A stretch of 64,000 nucleotides of DNA from the human T2T-CHM13v2.0 reference genome, Homo sapiens. Below are positions 49,498 through 64,000 of the stretch, one piece after another. Location: the NCBI RefSeq assembly GCF_009914755.1, contig NC_060939.1; one strand, given 5' to 3'. The notes beneath the pieces are model-generated. The model worked only from the letters and a program-made list of their open reading frames with translations, searched no databases and was not told where the DNA came from. The translations under genes were made by a program, and so were the position numbers. Numbering within the stretch: the stretch's first letter is position 1; the number at the start of each line of letters is the position of its first letter.

Positions 49498-50720
49498 TTA
49501 TGAGTAAGTCAGATTTTTTTCTCCCAGTAACATAAAAAAGTTTTGTTAAAGCCCCATTTACAAAAATGATATTTCTGCTTTCTACAGCACCTTTCATGTA
49601 ACCCTCTACAGAGGAGCTTTAAACACAGAGTGGAGTCTAAGCTCAACAACTTCACAGGAAGGTCAAAAGATGAATCCAGGACAGATCTACTTATAAGATA
49701 AATGAAGGACTTGACCATCACTCAGCAAATTCAGGCAGCGAGGCAGACATCGGAAATAATGCAGAATAAAATAAACCCCAGAACTAATTTGTTGCCACAA
49801 AAAGAAGCTATTTGTAGACACAAGCTTAGGCCCAAGGGTATCATGAGCTGATATTTTCCACTTAAAGCCTCAAAATGTGATTTGGTGCTGTTCCCAGAAC
49901 TATACAGGTTCTAATCCAAACAGGAAACTCAGTGTAGACACAGTCTAAAAGAGGTAAGCATTAGATAGCTCCAACTGAATGTACAGCCTCAAAGACATAA
50001 GGACCAAAAATAGGCTCCCAGGACAACAATCCTTAAGATACTTTTTAAGAAGTCAGCATGTGGTTACCTTGAACAGGTTACGACAATTACTATCCAAGGT
50101 GGATTCTAATGATCTAGCCAGAAATTTGGCTGTTTTGTTTAAAGCATCAGTTTGGAGACCTTGAGACACCCATTACTCATCATTAACCTCTCTGGAGGCG
50201 GGGATGCAGGGAGGATTGGGATACATGTTTTCTTTCCTAATTCTTTATTAAGTGCACTCCAGAAATCGTAAGGAAAAAAAAAATCACAAAATGGCAGGTG
50301 TGATAGATCTGGAGCCTAGACTTGCAGAACGGATCATATGTCATTTTTCCCTAACCATTCTATTTCCTGGAGAACCTGCCCATCCCACGGCTTCTAGAAC
50401 AGGCAGCCCAACGTGCTCCAGGAAACTTACATACATACACACACATACCGTGTGAACACAAATCTTATGGTCAGGAATAGACTATGGAGAAATAATGTTT
50501 ATAAGCCAATTAACTGACTTAAAAAATCATTTTACCTGTGTTACCATGTCCTTTTACTACAGAGGAAACTCAAAAGTTGGTTGTTCATGTTTTTTTTAAG
50601 TCAACTTTACAAAAGCTGAATTTAAGTTGACATTTCATGAGAAAATTCTACCTAAAGCGATTTCATTTTGCCCATAACAAGGTAGATGCTCACAAACTTA
50701 TTAAAGCTCATTCTCTGTTA

Positions 50721-51203
<483 letters not shown>

Positions 51204-51614
51204 TCATTGCAAAATGGAAGTTATTGAAGGCAAAAGTTAATTTCTAATTTATAGATTCCTATATTGTTTGACTTGTTTTTGCCTTGAGTATCTACTTTTT
51301 TAAAAAAAAGATAATTCCATTAAAAATGAAGATATAGAATGAGAGGAAAAAAATAGATGTAAGTACTTGAAGAGAATTAAGTGGTTGTTGTAAAGCTAAG
51401 CATTGACTAAATCTTTGCTTTAGAGCCAAATTATCCGTCTAATGTAAGTTATAATAATACTACAATTCATATAGAAAGATTAGAAATAAATATATATGAA
51501 TCATCCAGTTGTATTATAAGTACATAGAACTCATGTTTTTCTTTTCTTTGGAAATATGGGTCATTTTTACTTGTCTTATTAAGTATTCTATAATTTATAT
51601 AATTTTCAAATTTA

Positions 51615-51896
<282 letters not shown>

Positions 51897-52082
51897 TTAT
51901 TTTTGTTCAGAAAATCGTCCCAAGATTCTCTTCTATAAAATTTTAACATAAGGAAATTACATATAATTAAAGCATGCACTTGGCTAAGAAAACTAGTGAA
52001 CATCCTTAGATCATCTTGAAAAACAAGTGCCTCACCAGAAGCCAGAGTATGCTTTTGATGAAGCACTACAGTTAGTTGTTCA

Positions 52083-52270
<188 letters not shown>

Positions 52271-52383
52271 CAAAGTCTATTAATTCTTAAGGACATTAGT
52301 AAGCTACCAATTCCAGCGTCACTGAATAGTAAACACTGCTCTAAAAGAGTGAATACTTCGTACATTTACCTCCACAAAAATAA

Positions 52384-52731
<348 letters not shown>

Positions 52732-54017
52732 TAAATTAGAATGACTAAGTCTAGTATACAAGAAAATAAAAGTTTCAGGAAATATTTTTGCTTTGAAAGA
52801 TGTTAGACATTACCTAATTCTACCTCTTGGCTTTACAGATAAAGCATCTGAGGCTCAGAGAGGTTAAGTGACTTGCATCCAAGTGTGAAAAAGCAAAGCA
52901 AAATGTTTAAGAGTACAGCATTGCTGTTAAATTAATCTGCCTTTTCTCCCTGGGTCTATCACTTACTAGATATGTCACCACATCTAGTTGCCTTTTCCCT
53001 CTTAACCACAGATGTTACATCTGAAAATTTAGGATAATAATATTCCTTACTTCGGACAAGACTGTTGTGTGGAATAAATAAGATAATGTCTATAATTTTG
53101 TAGCACTCTGCTTGGCACTTGGTAGGCATATGGGCATTTCAAATCACAGCTGTATGAGAGCACAGGACTACTGACACACTACTGTGCTAGGGGGTTACTC
53201 TTCCCACTAACCACACTGCTTCTTCCTTCATCATTAGCTAAACTCCCCCAAACTGGAAAGAACCATAAACCACAAACTCTCTTTATTCAAAATGAAAATA
53301 AACATCAAATTATTATTATACTTCGGAAACTTCTATTCCTTCAGGCATATCCTCACTTTTTATCTCCTAACCCACCTGGATGAATGTTCATTGAGGTGCT
53401 ACAAGTCAAATATGGCTTTTTCTTGCTTTCTGGATATTAGGGTAAATCAGCCTAGATAAAAACTGCTAGGTCTTTGCTTTTTCACTAACTTTTAATGGCA
53501 GCCATTTAGCTGTATACCAGTACATTACCTCTCTTTGGTTCATTGCCATTTACTCCTCCACTTCAGTCAATCACTGAAGCACAAGTCAGTAACATTTAGT
53601 AAGTGGCCAAAGATATATACTCACACATCTGTACAGATATGCTCACATATATGTACAATAATAATCAATTCTGCATTGTCCATAGTAGCTAAAAACTAGA
53701 AAACCTACATGCCAATTAATAGGCAATTAAAGTTCAATTATTACTAATTATTTAAAGTCAGCTCATAAAGAATGAACTCCACAATATTTTAATTAGATTT
53801 GTTTAAGGACATTTGAGTAAAGCATGTAGAATACATTTTTATTTGTGCAATATAATTAAAAGACTGTATGTTGTTATGCTGATATGTGCTTGTACACACA
53901 TAGAAAATTTCAAGAAGAGTATAAATAAACTGTTATTAGCAGTTGCCTTTGGAGAAAGAACTGGAAGATCAAGTAAGGAGAAAAAATCATTTCTTATTGT
54001 GTAGCCTTCTGCTTGAG

Positions 54018-54320
54018 TTTTTTTTGTTTTTGGTTTTGGTTTTTTTTGAGATGGAGTGGAGTCTTGCCCTGTTGCCCAGGCTGGAGTGCAGTGGCGTGAT
54101 CTCAGCTCACTGCAAGCTCTGCTCCCAGGTTCACGCCATTCTCCTGCCTCAGCCTCCCAAGTAGCTGGGACTACAGGTGCCCACCACCATGCCCAGCTTT
54201 TTTTTTTTTTTTTTTGTATTTTTAGTAGAAATGGGGTTTCACCGTGTTAGCCAGGATGGTCTCGATCTCCTGACCTCGTGATCCGCCCGCCTTGGCCTCC
54301 CAAAGTGCTAGGATTACAGG
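54018..54320 (-). mobile_element. AluY-like, slightly 5'-truncated
   Basis: Reverse Alu flanked by gagttt on both sides. Confidence 0.93.
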
Positions 54321-54495
54321 GAGTTTAAAAAAAAAAAAAAAAAAACCTATATGTATGTTTTACTTTAACATTAAAATATGTACATATTTATCAGCAAATG
54401 CCAGAAAATTATTTAGGCCTCTAAATCTTGTTTAGTGCAGTCTGTTGAAATTGCAGCTTTAGATAAATCAAATAAATAGGGTCAAATAAAATTCA

Positions 54496-54792
<297 letters not shown>

Positions 54793-54972
54793 TCATAGAC
54801 ATGGAAAATATCAAGGCACCCTCCCTTCAAAAATATGAATACAGTGTTACAGCCTATCCCAGATTCATATTGCCAGCATTCATCTCTTGGGAAGTTCAAT
54901 TGATGTTAACATGAATTATATTGGTTATATTAGTATATAAGATCCATAACCTTTGTGTGTGTGTGTTTTTAA

Positions 54973-55275
<303 letters not shown>

Positions 55276-55371
55276 TAAGCTTTGTGTTTATACCTGCTTT
55301 CATGTTGTCATTTAATACGTAGTAGTACACAATAAATTTTTCTTGTTTGTGGTCCCATGCTGCTCAACTTA

Positions 55372-55587
<216 letters not shown>

Positions 55588-55839
55588 CTAAACAAAAAGT
55601 GAGCTTTTATGTAGGAAATATTCTAACTATAGAGAGATGGCCACTGTTTTTAAATGGAGAAACAAGACTTAATAACTGAATAAATCTTTTCAATTTATTT
55701 CCCACTCTTTTGACATTTTCAAGTAAATTAAATGAAATAATCTGTGATCTAGGACTAAAGAGGCTTTATAAAACAAGAAGCAAAGTCATAGACCTCAGAA
55801 AGTCAATAAAAGTATCTAACATTTACTGACCATGTTATA

Positions 55840-55861
55840 TGTGCGTGTGTGTGTGTGTGTG

Positions 55862-55902
<41 letters not shown>
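55840..55902. repeat. (TG)n(TA)n microsatellite
   Basis: Read directly from the sequence. Confidence 0.95.
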
Positions 55903-55905
<3 letters not shown>

Positions 55906-56929
55906 TACTGCAAGGGGCTTTCTACATATTCAGTTAAATAATCCTCACAATAACCCTATAAAATTGGTACTATCATTGTTTTCATTTTACAGACAAGAAA
56001 ACTTGGAATGAAGAGATTGATTTGTCTAAGGCGATTAGAAGAAGCAATGGGCTTTGAGTCCAGTCATTGTGATTCAGCAACCCATGTCTTGATGCTAAAG
56101 ATGTCCACTGAGAAGGCTTAATTTCTTTACAGTTCCTTTATAGTTCTAATTGTCAGTTAAAACAGCAACAAGTAACATTTGTATAGTAATTTTGTTATTA
56201 ATATGTTTTCTACATTTTGTTGACTATTTTCAGATTGAACATACTTGATTTCTGATTTCTCAAGTGGCCACAAAGGAAAATGATTCCATAATTTATAATG
56301 GTGTGTATATACATATATAATGTTATACATTATATAAATTATGTATAATATTGTACATTGTATCTAAATTATATATAACTTATGATCTTGCTGAAGCAGA
56401 ATATGAATATTGGGCACCAGCGTTTTTAAAGCTATGCCTTCACTCATGAATGCATTTAGAGCATCCCTAGTCCTTCTCAGGGCAGTATAGCTGTTCTTCG
56501 GGCAGGTTTGTATATAGAGATTATGCATAAGGGATCAAAATCATTTAAGCGATTACAAAAACAAAACCCAAACTCTCTTTGGCGCAGAAATAAAAGTCAT
56601 CCTAAAAAGAAAGCCAACTGCTGGTGCTAGAATTAAAGAAGTTCAGGAAAGTGATGCTTCCTAGTCAGAAAATACATGCTTTAAGGTCTGGATTTAGACA
56701 CATTAGTGAAAAATTCTATTCATTAGTGATTATTAAAGGCCACGATATTGCTACATTTAATCTTCACAACAAAGCTATGTAGTAAGTAAACATTGCTATT
56801 ATCCTGATATGAAAATAGGGAAACTATCACAGAAAATAAGAAACCAATCCAAGGTCATCCAACCAAGACGTATAATTAATTCCCTATAGTCCCAAGAAAT
56901 AAGAGCATCACAGAAAATGGTTCCAATAA

Positions 56930-57240
<311 letters not shown>

Positions 57241-57714
57241 AATAAATTTTTTTAAGACTCAGAGGGCACTTTGGTGTCTTACAGCCATGATTTTTATAGC
57301 TATTTGAAATGGTGTTGATAACATTTGGTTAAATTGGCTACTCAAACTCTCCCACCCTTGTATGCACTTAGAACTGATTGTTCCAACTCCCTGGTTATTC
57401 TGATTTGAAAAGGAAGCTCCAAGAGGCTGCTGGGTTACTCGAGTTGGTGGCAGCACAACTCCTCCCAGCTGGTGCTTTGCCTCTGGCAGCTGAAGTTCCC
57501 TGTTGCTCTCATCCCCTCTGCCTTCACCTTCCACATTGCTGCTTCTCACTTGCTCACACTCACCGCTTGGTCCCTCGCTCCTCCTCCTCCCAAACAGTTC
57601 CCTCTAGTTCTGCTATTCACCTGAAAACTTCTTCATAGTCCCTTACCATGTGAATTCCGATTTTTCATCACTGTGTCCATCATAAGAGTCTCCACCACCC
57701 AGGAGGTAATAAAA

Positions 57715-57960
57715 CATAGCCATTAGCACTGAAATCCCTGGGGCTAACTGCCTGGATTTAAATCCTGGCTTTACCACATCCTAGCTCTATTGAAAGAGCA
57801 AGTTGGTTACTGTAGGCAATTTAGTGCACCTCACTGTCTCATTTTCCCTAACTGTGAAATAAGACTAATAAAAGCACCCGCTATATGGGATTGGTGTGAG
57901 GATTAATGAGTAGATAAAGATAAGGTGCACAGGATGGTCCCTGACATTTAGTCCCTATTC
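57715..57960 (+). mobile_element. MIR
   Basis: ctgcctggatttaaatcctggctttaccac...ctgtgaaataagactaataaaagcacc...gtgaggattaatgag. Confidence 0.65.
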
Positions 57961-60106
57961 AATTAATTTTAACAATTCTGGTAATTCTTTTCTCAGAACA
58001 ATTAAGAAACTCACTCCAAAACCCATTACTGGATTTGGGCTAAACCACTTGAATTCAAATCCTGGGAATTCACCTCTCTGAACATCAGTTTCAACATGGG
58101 ATCTTGGTGGCAACTAAAGTAAATGAGGTTGTTTGTATGTTTGACAATAATAAGGACTCAAATGAAGTTTTTGTCATCATCATCACCATCATCATCATCA
58201 CCATTACTCTTAGTTCATGCACACACATTTTTTATTTGCAATTCTTAGGCTGTTTCTATCCCAGCTATTCTCACTTCAGCACAGCAGTCTTACTCTGTGG
58301 CTGAGACCCTGGGAAAACCAGTTCCTTGTCTCAGTAGCCAGGACCCCTGCACCACAGGCCTCAGCAATTACCAGCTGTGATTTGAAGCTAGGGAGATCCT
58401 CATGCAGCTGCTGGAAGGAAAGACGAATCCTCATTCTTACCACTGTAACTCCATCAGCAGATATGTACATGGGCATTACAAACAATAACTGAGAACCTGT
58501 TACTGTCAAACCTGGAGATTTAATTCTATGGTATTACTCCAAAAAATGAGTTCAGACAATAGTACCTGCTTACAGAGCAGTCTTTTCTAAGCTCACTGAA
58601 TGTATCAAATTCATCTCTTCATCCTACCACAATGCCTTCATTACTTGGTAACTGCAAGAGAGACTAAGGACTCTTACATTTAGTGAACACTAGTGATGTT
58701 TGAATAAGGGGAAGAAAGTCTGACTTTATGCCCTGGATAAAAGGCAAGTAAGGACAGGCAGACCAGCTTTTTCCAGTTTCCAATTATTCTATTCATATTT
58801 CACTGGCTTCTAGGCTTTCTCGCTTTTAAGATACAGAAACATCTATGGTTGTTTAAACAAGAATTACTGGTAAAAGACCTATAAGCTTATGTCTTCACAT
58901 TTTGAGAAACAAAGCAAGGTAACTTCCCATGAGATTAGTTATTTTTTAATTGTTGTATTCTTTCCTCATGGTTATACATAACATTGAAATTTTCAGGAAC
59001 AAGAAGCCCCTAAAGGGCACAACTGATCATTGGCTTTCAGGGCAAACTGTGCTTTGTAAAAATGCATTCAAAGCTAAGGAGGAAAGACCAGATCCTTTAA
59101 AAAATAACTGAATATGCTTTTCTGAGTAAGCCCCAATACTGTTTTTGTGATCGACAGCAAAACAGGAACCTATTACTGCCCACAAATAATTTTAGAAATA
59201 GTGGTTGATGCATGCCGTAATTATAAAGTTTGCTTGTGTCCCAGTGGCACTTGGGGTTCTAATTTTTGGCTGACAGTTTCTTAATCAAGTTTTCACAACA
59301 AAACCTCACAGATATGTTAAAGGGACAATCACTGAACTATAGGATTTCCAACAGCTATGCTGCCTAATTAAGCAAACCATCATTCTGTTAAAAGTAGCAT
59401 GCTTCCTTGGTTGACACATCAATAATTCAAAACTCTTCCACTCTCCATGAAATAACGTTTATGGATAATTAACTGATGACAAAGTCCAAAGGCTCAGGGA
59501 AAAGAAACACTTTGGATAACACTACTGAAAGAAAACAACTGCTTAAATTTTCAGGCTTCCTAGAGTGTCAGAGGTATGATTCAGTCAAGTAATAAGCTCA
59601 CATTTATATTCTCAACTCTCTGCCAAAAGCATAATTATATTTGTTTTAACAAGAAAATTTATTCGTAAGAATAGCTAAATACATCTGAAAATGATATCAA
59701 TATATGATTAAAGAAACAGAACATAAAACATTTCATAAAGTTTAAAAATTGGAGTAGATACATAAAAATGTTAACAATGTTTTGTCACACCATTTATCAG
59801 AAGGGTCAGTGAAAAAATGTGTGGTGTGTGTGTATGTGTTTGTACGTATACACACACACACACACAAATGCAGAGAGAGAGACAGAGAATGAGAAAGAAA
59901 GTAAATATAGCAAAATGTTAGCAATTGGTGAATCTAAGTAAAACGTATATGAATAATTACTACACTACTCTTGAAACTTTTCCAATTATTTGAAAATTTT
60001 CCAATCAAAATAGATAAATACATACAACAAAGTAAAAAAAAATCTCAGTGAATATGTACTGCGGTGAAATTAGGAATTTTAATTTCTCCTTTCTTTTTAA
60101 CATTTA

Positions 60107-60565
<459 letters not shown>

Positions 60566-60797
60566 TTAGAAATTGTTGGGTTAATAATTACAAGTGACTT
60601 TTTGAAAACCCAGCACCAGCTGTACAAGTTATACATGGTTAATCTCATTCCTCCATCCCCTGCTGTTTTGTACAAAGGCTGAAGCCTACCAAGCCCAGAG
60701 TAAATCTTCTAGTGCCAAAGTTGTTTTGTTCTGGTTTTTGATCATGGGCAGCATGCAGGGATTTTTCCATAATAAACCTCCCAAAGTTCATTTTCTA

Positions 60798-60980
<183 letters not shown>

Positions 60981-61687
60981 CTAAAATATGAAGTTGATGC
61001 ACATTATCAAAGGCTTAAATCTAGTCTGCCAATAAGATGAATATAAATTATGATAGTAATAATATAACAACATAGTAAGCGTTAATAACAGACCATACTG
61101 TACTCTCATATTAAGATGATATTTTACCATGACTTATTGACTTATATTTATCTTAGGGTAGGTTTCAGGGGATACAGTTCATCTGGTTATATCATTCCAG
61201 AGTGTGTACACTAAACATAGAAACCCCAAATCCCAAAATTTCTAAGTAATTTTATTCTTTCCATAATGAGTACTCCAAGTTTTACATTTGAAAATGTATT
61301 ATGCACATAAAAAATATATATCACGTAAATCTTTTGCTAGACCATATACTTTTAAATCTTTGTTCAAAAATACATTATCACCACACAAGTAAGACTGTAT
61401 AGTTTTGTTAACTGAGCCAGTTATAAAAAACTTTAAAGAAAAATAAATGTTATGAAATGATGGCAACTTAGCTTTTCTTTCTTCTTGGAAATGTCAGCGA
61501 ACATATTCACAAGAAAATAACGTTTGTCCCTCTTAAAACAAATGTAGTGACAAAGTAGAAAAAGTAAAACATCTAAAAATATAATCAAACTATGTAGGTG
61601 AAAAGTATATTTTTAGTTCTGAAATGTAAACACCAAATTTTGAAAACAATTTAGAGCTAAATATTCATTGTTATTATGGTTTGTTAC

Positions 61688-61784
61688 TAAAATTAGGATA
61701 TACTACTACATATATAATATCTTGGGATACAAAACTGTTGCATATACCATGATATTAAATATGTAGTAGTATATCCTAATTTTA
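61688..61784. repeat. Inverted repeat with 42-bp arms and a 13-nt loop
   Basis: Arms 61688-61729 and 61743-61784 with 3 mismatches; the outer 26 bp are perfect. Confidence 0.95.
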
Positions 61785-61814
61785 TTAATTAGAGAGTTAA
61801 AAACTGATATGTCA

Positions 61815-62119
<305 letters not shown>

Positions 62120-62265
62120 TTACGTCAGTCATAAAAGACACATCATTCCATGTTCTGGTAATACTATTACAGAGAATTTGTATCATATTTAAATCATATT
62201 CTTATTTTTGTACAAAACAAAAAAAATTACACTTGTACATCACTGGTATTTATTATGTTATTTTA

Positions 62266-62472
<207 letters not shown>

Positions 62473-62563
62473 TCAAGTAGATCACACCATTATAAAACGA
62501 AAAGTATCTGAGTTACCTTTTGAGTGTTTTGAACTAAGAAGTTACTAGGCAATAGAAGCTGTG

Positions 62564-62704
62564 TACCTGGGTGATGAAATAATCTGTACACCCAACCCCC
62601 ACAACACTTAATTTACCTGTATAACAAACCTGCGTATGTACTCCTGAAAGTTTAAAAAAAAAAAAATTAAAAAATATAGGATGTATTTCTTGAAAAAAAA
62701 AAAA
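62564..62704 (+). mobile_element. Very short L1PA (older primate) 3' end with two A tails
   Basis: tacctgggtgatgaaataatctgtaca...aacaaacctgcgtatgtactcctgaa. TSD aagctgtg (62556-62563, 62705-62712). Confidence 0.85.
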
Positions 62705-62889
62705 AAGCTGTGATCAGGAAATCCACTTAGATTCAAGGGCTCATTACATGCAACCATTCAACAAACATTCTTTGGGGAACTACGGCTGGATGCTGAGAAT
62801 GTCAAGATGAGAATAAGCTACAGACTGTTAGATATGGCAGAAAGGTCAAACAAAAAAATCTAAAATGATGACTAAAAAAACCTACAGTA

Positions 62890-63294
<405 letters not shown>

Positions 63295-64000
63295 TAAACA
63301 GAAAAAAAATGAACAAAGTGCCAACACACAGCACATAGAATAGTACGTTCTCAATAAGTTTGTGAAAATGCTGGATGTGTATTTCTCAAGCTCAGCATAC
63401 CATCACAATTCCTAGGCTTCCTCAACCAATAAATTCCTAAAAAGACCCCAGAACTCCTTGGGGAAGCCTAAATAATTTTGTCATCAACACACATAGTATG
63501 GCTGTTCTTTTGTCCATCATCTCAACTTGTAGCCTGATGCCAGTGAATAGATGAATATACTGGACTCCCCAGGGACATGCCCCTCAAGTTTTTAGGGTCA
63601 TTTGCTTGCCACTGTTCACATATACTCAGAAAAAAGGGGGATTTCCTCTGTAACGAACAGAGAGATGTTCTATTTTTTAAAAGATTAAAAATGTAATCTT
63701 TCTGTGTGTGTGTGTGTGTGTAAATGAAAACATTTGTATATACATGGAGAAAAGGTTGGAAGGATACAAGCCAAGTGTACCAAGGCTCACCCCTGGGAAG
63801 ATGGATGGGGGAAATATATGGAAGTAGAATTTATACACTTCTATGTTATTTGAACTTTTGACAATAAACATGTAATAGCCTTAAAATTTATAAATTTTAA
63901 TGAATATGCTTGAAATTGTAAGGAAAAAAGAGTAGGGTTCCCAAGCCAACCTGAATGCTGTTGATAGATGAGGAAAGATCCCATACTTTGAGCTCACCAG

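Overview
Primate (very likely human) genomic DNA. The window lies entirely inside WDR72, which runs on the minus strand. Eight consecutive coding exons of 120, 146, 97, 148, 246, 221, 196 and 197 nt have GT-AG boundaries and join into one open frame. By my recollection of the transcript they are exons 7-14; that numbering is not verifiable here. The rest is intron containing about 20 Alus, MaLR/ERVL LTRs, DNA-transposon relics, MIR/L2/L1M fragments and one full-length ~6.04 kb L1PA2-like LINE-1 inserted antisense to WDR72 (33716-39754). The main candidate system is that L1. Its ORF1 and ORF2 are disrupted, but its antisense promoter points down WDR72, its ORF0 is open, and the first ORF0 splice donor is phase 1, exactly in frame with the next WDR72 exon. 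Its antisense AATAAA is also intact, giving a complete gene-breaking / ORF0-WDR72 fusion layout. Smaller oddities are a tailless U2 snRNA retrocopy, a tailless 3'-truncated Alu with a 17-bp TSD, a mini L1 3' transduction, a template-switch hairpin inside an Alu, a 42-bp-arm intronic palindrome, and a very weak GTCCTT donor on a frame-symmetric exon. Repeat subfamily names come from memory of consensus sequences, and repeat boundaries are approximate unless a TSD is quoted.
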